Shown one piece after another: positions 1 to 9,410 of a DNA stretch of 29,285 bases (position 1 is the stretch's first letter; the number at the start of each line of letters is the position of its first letter). Made by a program: the position numbers and the translations under genes. The notes under the pieces are model-generated. The model did no database searches, had not been told where the DNA came from, and was given only the letters and a program-made list of their open reading frames with translations. The stretch covers positions 1-29,285 of the forward strand of contig NW_021832964.1 of NCBI RefSeq assembly GCF_006345805.1, written 5' to 3'. Source of the stretch: Octopus sinensis. Taxonomy: Eukaryota.

Positions 1-3
1 AAT

Positions 4-36
<33 letters not shown>

Positions 37-38
37 TA
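1..38. repeat. (AAT)n microsatellite
   Basis: Direct reading of a tandem AAT run. Confidence 0.95.
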
Positions 39-115
39 ATGAACGCCCTGATGCAGTACCAGGCAATGGCTCACATGGCTTCTTATCTTAACTGACTGGA
101 AGTGTTATCATGTCT

Positions 116-334
116 GTTGTGACGGCGAGGGTTCCAGCTGATCCGCCCAATGGAACAGCCTACTAGTAAAATTAACGTGCAAGTGGCTGAGCACAGACAC
201 GTGAACTCTTAATGTAGTTCTCGGGGAGATTCAGCGTGACGCAGAATGTGACAAGGCTGGTCCTTTGAAATACAGGTACAACAGAAACAGGAAGAAAGAA
301 TGAGAAAAAGTTGTGGTGAAAGAGTACAGCAGGG
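116..334 (-). mobile_element. 5'-truncated SINE family C copy
   Basis: Reverse complement (ccctgctgtactctttcaccacaac...ggaaccctcgccgtcacaac) matches the 3' part of the copies at 4001-4384 and 23166-23547. Confidence 0.9.
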
Positions 335-612
335 TAACATGGGTGTTTCGTTCAACATCCTTAAACAGCAGGGGTCTTTTGAGCGGAATAGGCTACTTGA
401 CCTGAAGAAAATTCTAACTGGGCCCCACCTGCAAGGTCATGCGCTGTTTATTTTGATATGAGATTACCATGTCGCGCACATATGGTTGTGATGCGTGTAC
501 CTGGCGTACCCAACGTGTATACTGCGCTTCGTGTATTTTACCTCAGTATCATTATGATGGCATGTGCTGCTCTCTCAGTCAGTAATAATAATAATAATAA
601 TAATAATAATGA

Positions 613-1072
613 TGTTTATTAATTGACATGAGTATTCCTTGCGATCACAATATAGCGGCGAAAGAATTTGACAAGATTAGTAAATATAAAGACTTGTTAA
701 TAGAAATTGAAAAAAATGGCATCTCAAGGCGACTACAGTACCAGTGATTGTAGGATCTCTAGCAATGATCTCTAGCAATGATAAAAAAAAAGGTACTGAA
801 ACCTATTTGAAAATGATTCCAGGCTTACCATCCCTACAGGAAGTGCAAAAAATCGTATTAACTGGAACGGCTCATGTACTGAGAAGAGCATTATCGCTGT
901 GAAAACAACATCCATGAATTTATTTATTTATTAATTTTTAAATAACATACCTTTTACCTGTGAATTTTTGGCGTGTAATATGGGCATGCATACAATGAGC
1001 TTCTCTTCCCTGGTGTATTGGAAAACACTCGGCGAGAAACGAAGAGAAAATTTGAAGAAAGAAGGAAAAAAC
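613..1072 (+). mobile_element. 3' fragment of RLE-type non-LTR retrotransposon (R4/Dong-like), copy 1
   Basis: Hand translation from 613: CLLIDMSIPCDHNIAAKEFDKISKYKDLLIEIEK / frameshift / WHLKATTVPVIVGSL...GLPSLQEVQKIVLTGTAHVLRRALSL*, stop at 900-902. This is the C-terminal restriction-like endonuclease region. A 13-bp duplication at 755-780; presumed 3' UTR runs to the (ATA)n at 1073. Confidence 0.85.
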
Positions 1073-1104
1073 ATAATAATAATAATAATAATAATATAAT
1101 AATC

Positions 1105-1141
<37 letters not shown>

Positions 1142-1150
1142 CAACAACAA
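1073..1150. repeat. (ATA)n/(ACA)n microsatellite
   Basis: Direct reading. Confidence 0.95.
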
Positions 1151-2193
1151 TGTGCAGACATTGATCGCCTATACATGAAGAGAGCAAATGAAGGAAGGGA
1201 CGTAAAAGTCTGTGTGCGTGTCGAATTCGAGAGCTTAATGAGATACTTATCCCAATGTAAGGAAACCTTGCTAGTTAGACACAAGGGAGTATTGAGAGCA
1301 GAGAACAAAGAGAAAATAAAGGAAGAAGTGCAAAAGGGACATGAAGAAGAATTACGCAAGAAGGAACTAGACAATCAATTCCATGTAGCCACAACAGAAT
1401 TTGCTGGAAAAATAGGTGGGATTGGCTGATGAGAGGAACCCTAAAAAAAGAAACCGAGAGCACTATACTGGCAGCGCAAGACCAAGCTCTGACCACGAAG
1501 TGGAGAGTCAACCTTAGGAATGAATTGTCTCCGTTGTACTGCATCTTCAATGGGGTGGATGAGATCATTGCCCATATCACGAACGAAAGCCCTAAAATTT
1601 CCCCAAACCACTACAAGTTGTAGCGAAAGTGCTTCATTGGAAACTGTGCAAAAAGTGGGGGCCAGGGAGAGGCAAGACGTGGTATGAGTACAAATCACTG
1701 AGAGTGGCAGAGTCAGAGACTAGCAAAATCCTCTGGGATTTCTCAATCCAAACAGATCAGGTGCTAGAACATAACAGACTGGACCTAGTAGTGGTGGACA
1801 AGGCGCACCACATATGCTATATAGTTGACGTTGCATGCCCCTTTGACCCACGAATAGTCAAGAAGGAAGGTGAAAAGAAAGATAAATACAACTCTCTTAA
1901 GTGCGAAATAGCCCAGCTTTGGAAAATTAAGAAAGTGAAGATAGTGCCAATTAATGTTGGGTCCTTGTGAACAATATCAGAAGGCATCAAGAGGAATATA
2001 AAGGAAATTGGAATAGAGTGTCCAGTAGAACTGTTACAAAAGGCTTGCCTCTTTGGCACGGCCAGAATAATCGAGAAAGTATTAGATAGCTGAAAAGAAC
2101 GAATAGCATGGTGCCGTAGGCTGCAGGTAGTAAGCCCGCTACGCACACAAAACTCCAGGAACTCCAAAACCTGTGATAAAGAAAAAATAATAA
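1151..2193 (+). mobile_element. 5'-truncated RLE-type non-LTR retrotransposon (R4/Dong-like), copy 2, pseudogenised
   Basis: Motifs ADIDRLYMKR, GTLKKETESTILAAQDQAL, a decayed CCHC region, LHWKLC, KILWDFSIQTD..HNRLDLVVVD..CYIVDVACPFD..EKKDKY..L..EIAQLW..IVPINVGSL, then LLQKACLFGTARIIEKVLDS* (stop 2091-2093). Several frameshifts and stops; ends in an aataataat tail. Confidence 0.92.
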
Positions 2194-2401
2194 TGGTTTC
2201 AAATTTTGACACAAGGGCAGCCATTTTTGTAAAGGGGACTAGTCGATTACATGGACCCCAGTAAGTCACGGTACTTAATTTATCGATTCCGAAAGGGTGA
2301 AAGGCAAAGTCGACCTCGGCGGAATTTCAACTCAAAACGTAGCGGCAAACTGCCTCAAAGCATTTCGCCTGACTTGCTAACGATTCTGTCAGCTCACCAA
2401 C
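2194..2401 (-). mobile_element. tRNA-derived SINE family A, short-tail variant
   Basis: Reverse complement aligns with the 21225-21455 copy over the head and body (gagctgacagaatcgttagc...gagttgaaattccgccgaggtcgactttgcctttca). Confidence 0.9.
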
Positions 2402-2418
2402 TTAATAATAAGTAGTAG

Positions 2419-2501
2419 TTGGGACGATTTGTTCGACTAAAATTCTTCAGCCCTAGCATGGCCACGGTTTATTGAATGAAGCAAGTAGAAGAATAGAAGA
2501 G
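2419..2501 (+). mobile_element. 3' tail fragment of SINE family B
   Basis: gatttgttcgactaaaa...agcatggccac...gcaagtagaagaatagaag resembles the 3' ends of the full B copies. Confidence 0.65.
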
Positions 2502-2519
2502 ACATTTGTACATACCTGT

Positions 2520-2718
2520 ACTTATAGATAGACAGACAGAGAGATAGATAGATAGATCGACAGACAGACAGATAGATAGACAGACAGATAGATAGACAGA
2601 CAGATAGACAGACAGATAGATATATAGACAGACAGATAGACACATAGACATAGACAGGCAGATAGACACATAGATACAGAGACATATATATAATAATATA
2701 TATATATATATGTATATA
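2520..2718. repeat. Compound (GATA/GACA)n-(TA)n microsatellite
   Basis: Direct reading. Confidence 0.9.
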
Positions 2719-2890
2719 ACACCAAGTAAGTTAGAGGTTGTGGATCCAACCCACTAAGGGATAATACTTATCCAATATACTGTTGGTATAATACCCAAAT
2801 TATTAATACACAAGTGTTTTTAATTGCAATGCAATAAACTTACTTATTGTATTAAATAGGTGAAGGTAAAGAAATATTTTACCATTAATT

Positions 2891-3271
2891 TATATTACAA
2901 ATAAGAAAATGGAGAAACACATTAGTTGGTTTATCAGCTTTAGGATATTATAATGTTGACTTATTTATTTATCAAAACGACGACCATAATAACATACATA
3001 TATACAATACTGTAGAAGAAAGCAAAGGACCATTGATGCGGTCACAGGAGTGTGACGAAAGAACTTTAAGATTAATGTAAAAAATAAATAACACTGAAGC
3101 AAAGTAACACCAAATATATAGTGCGTGGGTTTTTTATTGGCTAAACTGGCAAAATGACCATTCCGAAATACAACAATGTATATTTATCGTTTTGATAAAT
3201 AAATAAGTCAACATTCTAATATCCTAAAGCTGATAAACCAACTAATGTGTTTCTCCATTTTCTTATTTGTA

Positions 3272-3276
<5 letters not shown>
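2891..3276. mobile_element. Element with 90-bp inverted arms (2891-2980 / 3187-3276), Penelope-like or MITE-like
   Basis: Arms are reverse complements with one mismatch (attataatg vs attagaatg); 206-bp spacer; right end runs into (TA)n(GA)n. The family assignment is inferred. Confidence 0.7.
3033..3066 (+). ncRNA. Decayed hammerhead-like motif
   Basis: ttgatgc-g-gtcac[aggagt]gtgac-GAAA-gaactt: perfect 5-bp stem II next to GAAA, but two core mismatches versus CUGANGA and no good stem I. Confidence 0.3.
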
Positions 3277-3339
<63 letters not shown>

Positions 3340-3426
3340 ACAGACAGACAGATAGATAGACACACAGACAGACAGGTAGATAGACAGATAAAGAGAGGGG
3401 AGGTGCGTGTGTGTGTGTGTGTGTGC
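3272..3426. repeat. Compound (TA)n(GA)n(GACA)n(TG)n microsatellite
   Basis: Direct reading. Confidence 0.9.
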
Positions 3427-4000
3427 GTGTACTACAGTGCATTCACCTCAGGTACGGTCGATTGGTGGGGAATCGCTAGAAACTCGGTACATTTCGGCGC
3501 TACCCCGTCACCCTTCTCTAACCGGTACTAAACCTACATTAATATTACTAGAAAACATCCGGTTATTTACGTTCTCAACACACGCAGCGCCGCATTCTTT
3601 CAATTATTCACAAAGTCATCAAAACAATCTAGGGTGGGTTACACCCATCTCTGCTTTATCCATCAACCATCCTAATTAACCATCACAAACAGTTGATGGA
3701 GGGGCCTTTTCTTCTTTTCTTATGTATAACTTTCAGATACTGTCTGCGATACGTTCAACGATACAGTCTGCGGCAGAAAAACCTACCATATTTTATACGG
3801 CCACTAATGTTGCGCTATTAAACATAGTCAAGTTATAATGATGTCTACATGTAGCTACTCTTTTACCGTTCTTTATTTTGTGCAGAATTATTGTTTCAAC
3901 TGGAGACTATTGTGTACTTCTTGCTAAAATGTTTACCAAGAATAATAAATCTCATGAATTTTTTTTTTTTTTTACGTACTCTGTTTATATTTCTCTTTGT

Positions 4001-4384
4001 GGAGGCGCAATGGCCCAGTGGTTAGGGCAGCGGACTCGTGGTCGTAGGATCGCGGTTTCGATTCCCAGACCGGGCGTTGTGAGTGTTTTTAATGAGCGAA
4101 AACACCTAAAGCTCCACGAGGCTCCGGCAGGGGATGGTGGTGATCCCTGCTGTACTCTTTCACCACACAACTTTCTCTCACTCTTACTTCCTGTTTCTGT
4201 TGTACCTGTATTTCAAGGCCGGCCTTGTCACTCTCTGTGTCACGCTGAATATCCCCGAGAACTACGTTAGGGTACACGTGTCTGTGGAGTGCTCAGCCAC
4301 TTACACGTTAATTTCACGAGCAGGCTGTTCCGTTGATTCGGATCAACCGGAACCCTCATCGTCGTAACCGACGGAGTGCTTCCA
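4001..4384 (+). mobile_element. Full-length tRNA-derived SINE family C
   Basis: A box tggcccagtgg and B box gtttcgattcc; near-identical to 23166-23547. Confidence 0.92.
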
Positions 4385-5004
4385 TTATATTTCTCACAAT
4401 GCCTTGCAGTTTTACAGATTTTGGCTCGATTATTCGTCTGCTTTGGATTTGAGTTCCATTCTAGCGAATTAAAACCTCTGCAGATTATTCACTGATTCCA
4501 GCAATTCTAAATCTACCAGGACTATTCTAAAACTTTAATGCTTCTGCCTGATATAATCCCACCACATTTTCGCACCTTAAAAACTACGCATTTTATTTTA
4601 TTTTATTTTATCTTTTAGTGTACACCATATTATTACCGAGAGCTATTAGCGTCCTTTAACTAATCAATACATCATTTCTTGCCGTTACTGTCTGTCTTTA
4701 TGGTAATGTTTATATAAATAGATTCTTTACATGTTGTGTATGGTGTGAAAGAGAATTTATAACAGCTGCGAATATACAGATTGGCTTACCAACTTTGAAG
4801 TTAAGCAGCGTTTTTCTATGTAACTTTAGACTGCAGTCTCCGGATACAATGGCGAGGTTAAGCAGAGAATCTCATGGAGCCTGACGAGGCGGAAATATGC
4901 TGCACCGTTAGCTAAACCATTGCCGATTCATTCCATAGCATAATTATATTTATTTCAAACACATAAATATACTTTGATATACTGTTTTGGTTTATCGTAG
5001 ATAC

Positions 5005-5040
5005 ATATGCAACAACAACATATATATATATATACATATT

Positions 5041-5071
<31 letters not shown>

Positions 5072-5314
5072 GCCTTCTTTCTGTTCCTTTCTCTCATTCT
5101 CTCTTCCCTCCGTCCCTCTCTCTCTCGCTCTCTCTCTATATATATGTATACACACACACACACACACCTACACATATATATATATATATATAAATGTATA
5201 TACATATATATATATACACACATATATATATATATGTGTATTATATATATATATGTATATATATATAAGCATATACGTAACATACATATTTATATACGTA
5301 CGTATATACACACG

Positions 5315-5360
<46 letters not shown>
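5005..5360. repeat. Compound microsatellite (TA, TTTC, TC, AC)
   Basis: Direct reading. Confidence 0.9.
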
Positions 5361-5362
<2 letters not shown>

Positions 5363-5448
5363 GTTAATACTAAACACTAAGGTCAAATATATATATAATA
5401 ATTAAATAATAAATGGTGTTGAACGAAGATGTTAATAAAATTATTTTA

Positions 5449-5530
5449 CTTTCGACATATGTTTCGAAGACAACATGGTTTTATTCCAAAGGAATAAACG
5501 GTGTAAAATGCAATCTTCTCATCAGGAAGA
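5449..5530 (-). ncRNA. Type I hammerhead ribozyme (minimal, palindromic stem III)
   Basis: Minus strand: ttc-CTGATGA(5525-5519)-gaaga...tcttc (stem II)-GAAA(5465-5462)-C-ATAT-G-TC(5454)-gaa. All core nucleotides are present; stem III is ACAUAUGU; stem I has only 3 perfect bp. Confidence 0.7.
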
Positions 5531-5689
5531 AAGAGAGCCTCTCACAACAACAAGACATTATAACAATTACGATGACTTATTATATCGGTATCTTTTCAAC
5601 CGTGTTTCTGACGTGAATTTTGCTACCCTGGTAATGGTTTATTGAGTTTTCCATGTTAACGGTAAACATAGGATAATTCATTCACCATT

Positions 5690-5745
<56 letters not shown>

Positions 5746-5762
5746 ATATATATATGTATATA

Positions 5763-5885
5763 GGCGTAGGAGTGGCTGTGTGGTAAGTAGCTTGTTAGCG
5801 TGTCACCTTGGGCAAATGTCTTCTACTAAAGCCTTGTGAATGGATTTGGTAGACGGAAACTGAAAAGAAGCCCGTCGTATATATG

Positions 5886-5923
<38 letters not shown>

Positions 5924-6153
5924 CATGTGTGTGTGTGTGTGTATGTTTGTGTGTTTGTGTCTGTCCATCCAACATCGCTTGACAACCGATTCTGGTGTGT
6001 TTAAGTCCCCGTAACTTAGTGGTTCGGTAAAAGAGACCGATAGAATAAGTACTAGGCTTACAAAGAATAAGTCCAAGGGTCGATTTGGTCGACTAAAGGT
6101 GGTGCTCCAGCATGGCCACAGTTAAATGACTGAAACAAGTAAAAGAGTAAAAG
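5763..6153 (+). mobile_element. tRNA-derived SINE family B with head deletion and internal (TA)n(TG)n
   Basis: Aligns to 12534-12950 but lacks part of the B-box region. Confidence 0.9.
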
Positions 6154-6798
6154 ATATATATATATATATATATATATAGTGTGTATACATATCCGTTCAA
6201 TAAAAATATCCTTTGACTCTACTACTTAATACGGAATGATACTCACTTTCATGGACCGACCTAAGTCCCTTTCAGGGAGGTAAGCATCACACGGTATTCA
6301 CCCCCTGATATATATACTATTATACACACACACACATACACATGCACTAGAATATTTACGATTCGGTATCCGTGTACGGGCATCTGGGTATATGTATATG
6401 GGTGTATCCGTCTGTGCAGTTCTAAAATTAAATGCACGTAGCCAACAAAAAAAAACCATATGCGCATACACCCAAATATACGCATAAATTCACACACAAC
6501 ACACACACACATACAAACTTCCATTCACTCTCCCATCCATCCATCCATCCATCTACATGTTCATCCACTTTTATGTACTTCCAGCCATCCATATATACGC
6601 ACATTTGTGCATGCATACTTGCAACCTTCCATACATACATACACGCTATTCGGTTGCCACTTCCGGATTCGTTCCTGAAAATCATTCTTTGTAATATCTT
6701 ACATATGTCGAACCAGCACTGAAATAACACCACACATTTTCACTCTTCATCTCGTTGCCTTTTCTATTTTAATGTTTTTCACCTCATGAAAAGACTTT

Positions 6799-6895
6799 GG
6801 TGCAGGCGTGGCTACGTGGTTAAAGTGCTTGCTTTCTAGTCATACGGTTCTGGGTTCGTTTTCATTGAACGGTATCTGAAGCAAGTGTCATCATT
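6799..6895 (+). mobile_element. Diverged 5' head of SINE family B
   Basis: ggtgcaggcgtggctacgtggttaa...ggttctgggttcg...gcaagtgtc is similar to B heads. Confidence 0.65.
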
Positions 6896-6901
6896 TCTAC
6901 T

Positions 6902-7044
6902 CAAGGCGCAAAGTTTTGGGAAGGGGGCCAGTCGATTAGATCGACCCCAGTACACAAGTAGTACTTTATTTATCGACCCCGAAAGGATGAAAGGCAAAGT
7001 CGACTTCGGCGGAATTTGAACTCAGAACGTTTCTGCCAGTTCTC
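6902..7044 (-). mobile_element. SINE family A, internally deleted
   Basis: gaaaggatgaaaggcaaagtcgacttcggcggaatttgaactcagaacgt followed directly by ttctgccag. Confidence 0.88.
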
Positions 7045-7113
7045 GGCGCCGTCTGCCATAAGCTTCGAGTTAACTTGTGCGTTTGTGAGCGGAATAGGAA
7101 ACACACACACACA

Positions 7114-7165
<52 letters not shown>

Positions 7166-7293
7166 ATAATGTTCTTTTAAGGCACAGGAAAGAAAACTGA
7201 TTTGACGGAGAAGAATAAAATTAAGGATATTATAAACTATTAAATTTTTATAAATGCAATTGTTAATTGAACGGTTCTTCAGGTTGACATCCT

Positions 7294-7782
7294 GATGAAT
7301 GAAGGTGAATGATGATGATGATGACTACGATGATGATGATGAATGATGATGATGATGATGATGAATGATGATGATAATGATTGATGATGATAATGATGAA
7401 TGATGATGATGGTGAATGATGATGATAGTGATGATGATGATGATGATGAATGATGATTATGAATGATGATGATGACGATGTTGATGATGATGATGACGAT
7501 GATTATGAATGATGATGATGATGATGATGATGATGAATAATGATGATGAATGATTAATGATGATGGTGATGATGATGATGACGACGTTGATGAATAATGA
7601 TGACGATGATTATGAATGATGATGATGATGATGATGATGATGATAAATGATGATGATGATAAATGGTGATGATGAATGATTAATGATGATGGTGATGATG
7701 ATGATGATGACGTTGATGATGCTGAATTATAATGGTGACGATGATGACAGCGATGAGGACGATGATGAGGGTGATGATCATC
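7294..7782. repeat. Degenerate (GAT)n array with GAAT interruptions
   Basis: Direct reading; source of the poly-H/S/I pseudo-ORF. Confidence 0.92.
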
Positions 7783-7786
7783 ATAA

Positions 7787-8118
7787 TTTGTTGGACTCCG
7801 CCAAAAAGATTGACATATCATTGAGGTAAGAAGACCAGACCATGGTTATAGAGGACAAAATAAACAAACGGTGTAAGATCATCGATTTTGCAATTCCCTA
7901 TCAGAGCAGAAATGGAAAAAATTGCGAAAATATCAGGATCTAGCCAGGAAGCTGAGGAGAGTGTCGAAGAACACGGCAAGAATTATTCCTGTAGTAATTG
8001 GTGCACTTAGCACAATACCCAAAAATGCTACCGAACAGAAGACTGAAAGAAATCGGTATTGAAATTCCTGCAGAAAAGAACCTTCCTATATTCTGCAAGA
8101 ATAATTCTTGAGATGTGA
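7787..8118 (+). mobile_element. 3' fragment of RLE-type non-LTR retrotransposon, copy 3 (different subfamily)
   Basis: With frameshifts: HIIEVRRPD / MVIEDKINKRCKIIDFAIPY / EMEKIAK / YQDLARKLRRV..IIPVVIGALSTIPK / LKEIGIE / TFLYSARIILEM*. This is the PD..D..K RLE signature. Confidence 0.8.
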
Positions 8119-8214
8119 GGAGATATGTTGTCACCAAAGCATCGAGATAAAATACCTGCTAACTAAATGAGTATATGCAGCCATACCATTAAGAACTGCA
8201 TTAAGAACAACGAA

Positions 8215-8580
8215 TGAAGAAGAACGAAGATGGAAGAACGAAGGAAGGAGGAGGAAGAGGGGGAGGTGAGGAGGAAAAGGAAAAAGAGGGGAGAAGGAGA
8301 AAGAGGAGGAAAAAGAAGAGTATGATGACGAGGAAGCAGAAGGAGAAGAAGTGGAGCAAGAGGAAGAAGAAGGGAGAGGAGGCGGAGCAGGAGCAGGAGG
8401 AGGTGGAGGAGGAGCAGAAGGAGGAAGAAAAAGAAGAAGGAGAAGAAGAAGACGAAGAAGAAGGAGAAGAAGAAGAAGAGAAGAAGAAGAAGAAGAAGAA
8501 GAAGAAGAAGAAGAAGAAGAAGAAGAGGATGAAGCAGAAGGGGGTAAAAAGAAAGCGAAGAAAAAAGAAAAGAAAAAGAC
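8215..8580. repeat. Polypurine (GAA/GGA)n tract
   Basis: Almost exclusively A/G on the + strand, with a pure (GAA)n core near 8480-8525. Confidence 0.92.
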
Positions 8581-9040
8581 GACACCGACTGTTTCCTTTC
8601 GGTGATCTGTAGTTGCCATAGTTACAAACGAGCAAGCCTGTCACGTGTGGCATATCTATCAACCCCCGTCTTTCTCTCCCTCTCTCACGCCCTCTCTCTT
8701 TCTCTCCCTCTCTCAATTAAACACTCTTTCACCGCCTGCACTTAACATTCTTGGATGGTGGATATTATCATTTGTTTCCAAATAATCATGTTGTTTTTTT
8801 CCTCCAAGAGATAAACAATTTTACAAAACAAAATTTAAAATCAGATATATCCTCCACTTCCCCTCCCTTACCTCTTCTGGGAGAAAATCGAGACCGAAAA
8901 CTTATAATAAAAAAAAAGGAAAAAATATAGATTTGCATAGGTGTCAAAAATTAAAAAGCAAACAATTCAAGGAAAAACGAAAAATGCAGAAATTTTACAG
9001 AGCCAAGATCGAGTGTTTTTCCAATCGCGTGTCAACAACG

Positions 9041-9259
9041 GTAATGATTTCAAATTTTTGCGATAATGGCAGCTTGGGGGAGGTGGGGATGTGTCGATTA
9101 CATTGATCCCAGTGTTCAATTGCTACTTAATTTATTGACCCCCGAAAGGATGAAAGGCAAAGCCGACCTCGGTGGAATTTGAACTCAGAACGTAGCGACG
9201 GGCGAAATACCGCTAAGTATTTCGTCCGGTGCGCTAACGATTCTGCCAGCTCGCAGCCT
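9041..9259 (-). mobile_element. SINE family A, short-tail variant
   Basis: Reverse complement aligns with the head and body of 21225-21455. Confidence 0.9.
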
Positions 9260-9410
9260 TAATACCAACAACAACAACAATAATAATAACAATGACGACG
9301 ACGTCGACGACGACAACAACAACAACGAGAGGAGGATTTCTTTCATTTAGCACAAAATCACTGGATGAAGTGACATTGCACAGAATAATTTTAAGTAATT
9401 TGATTAAAAG

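Noticed and set aside
1426-1455. CTGATGA followed later by GAAA
   Set aside because: Lies in LINE coding sequence; no helix adjacent to GAAA and no stem I or III.
4001-4075. tRNA gene calls at SINE heads (also 10062, 11237, 12534, 21225, 23166, 25472)
   Set aside because: A/B boxes are present but they continue into shared SINE bodies and lack a proper cloverleaf.
4881-4900. CTGACGA-ggcg-GAAA hammerhead-like string
   Set aside because: Only 4 nt between core halves, so no stem II, and the would-be cleavage base is G.
6280-6297. tttcag-GGAG-gtaagc micro-exon
   Set aside because: Isolated short signals with a weak pyrimidine tract; expected by chance.
8214-8612. K/E/R-rich ORFs as a real charged protein
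   Set aside because: Simply the (GAA/GGA)n tract; no splice or codon evidence.
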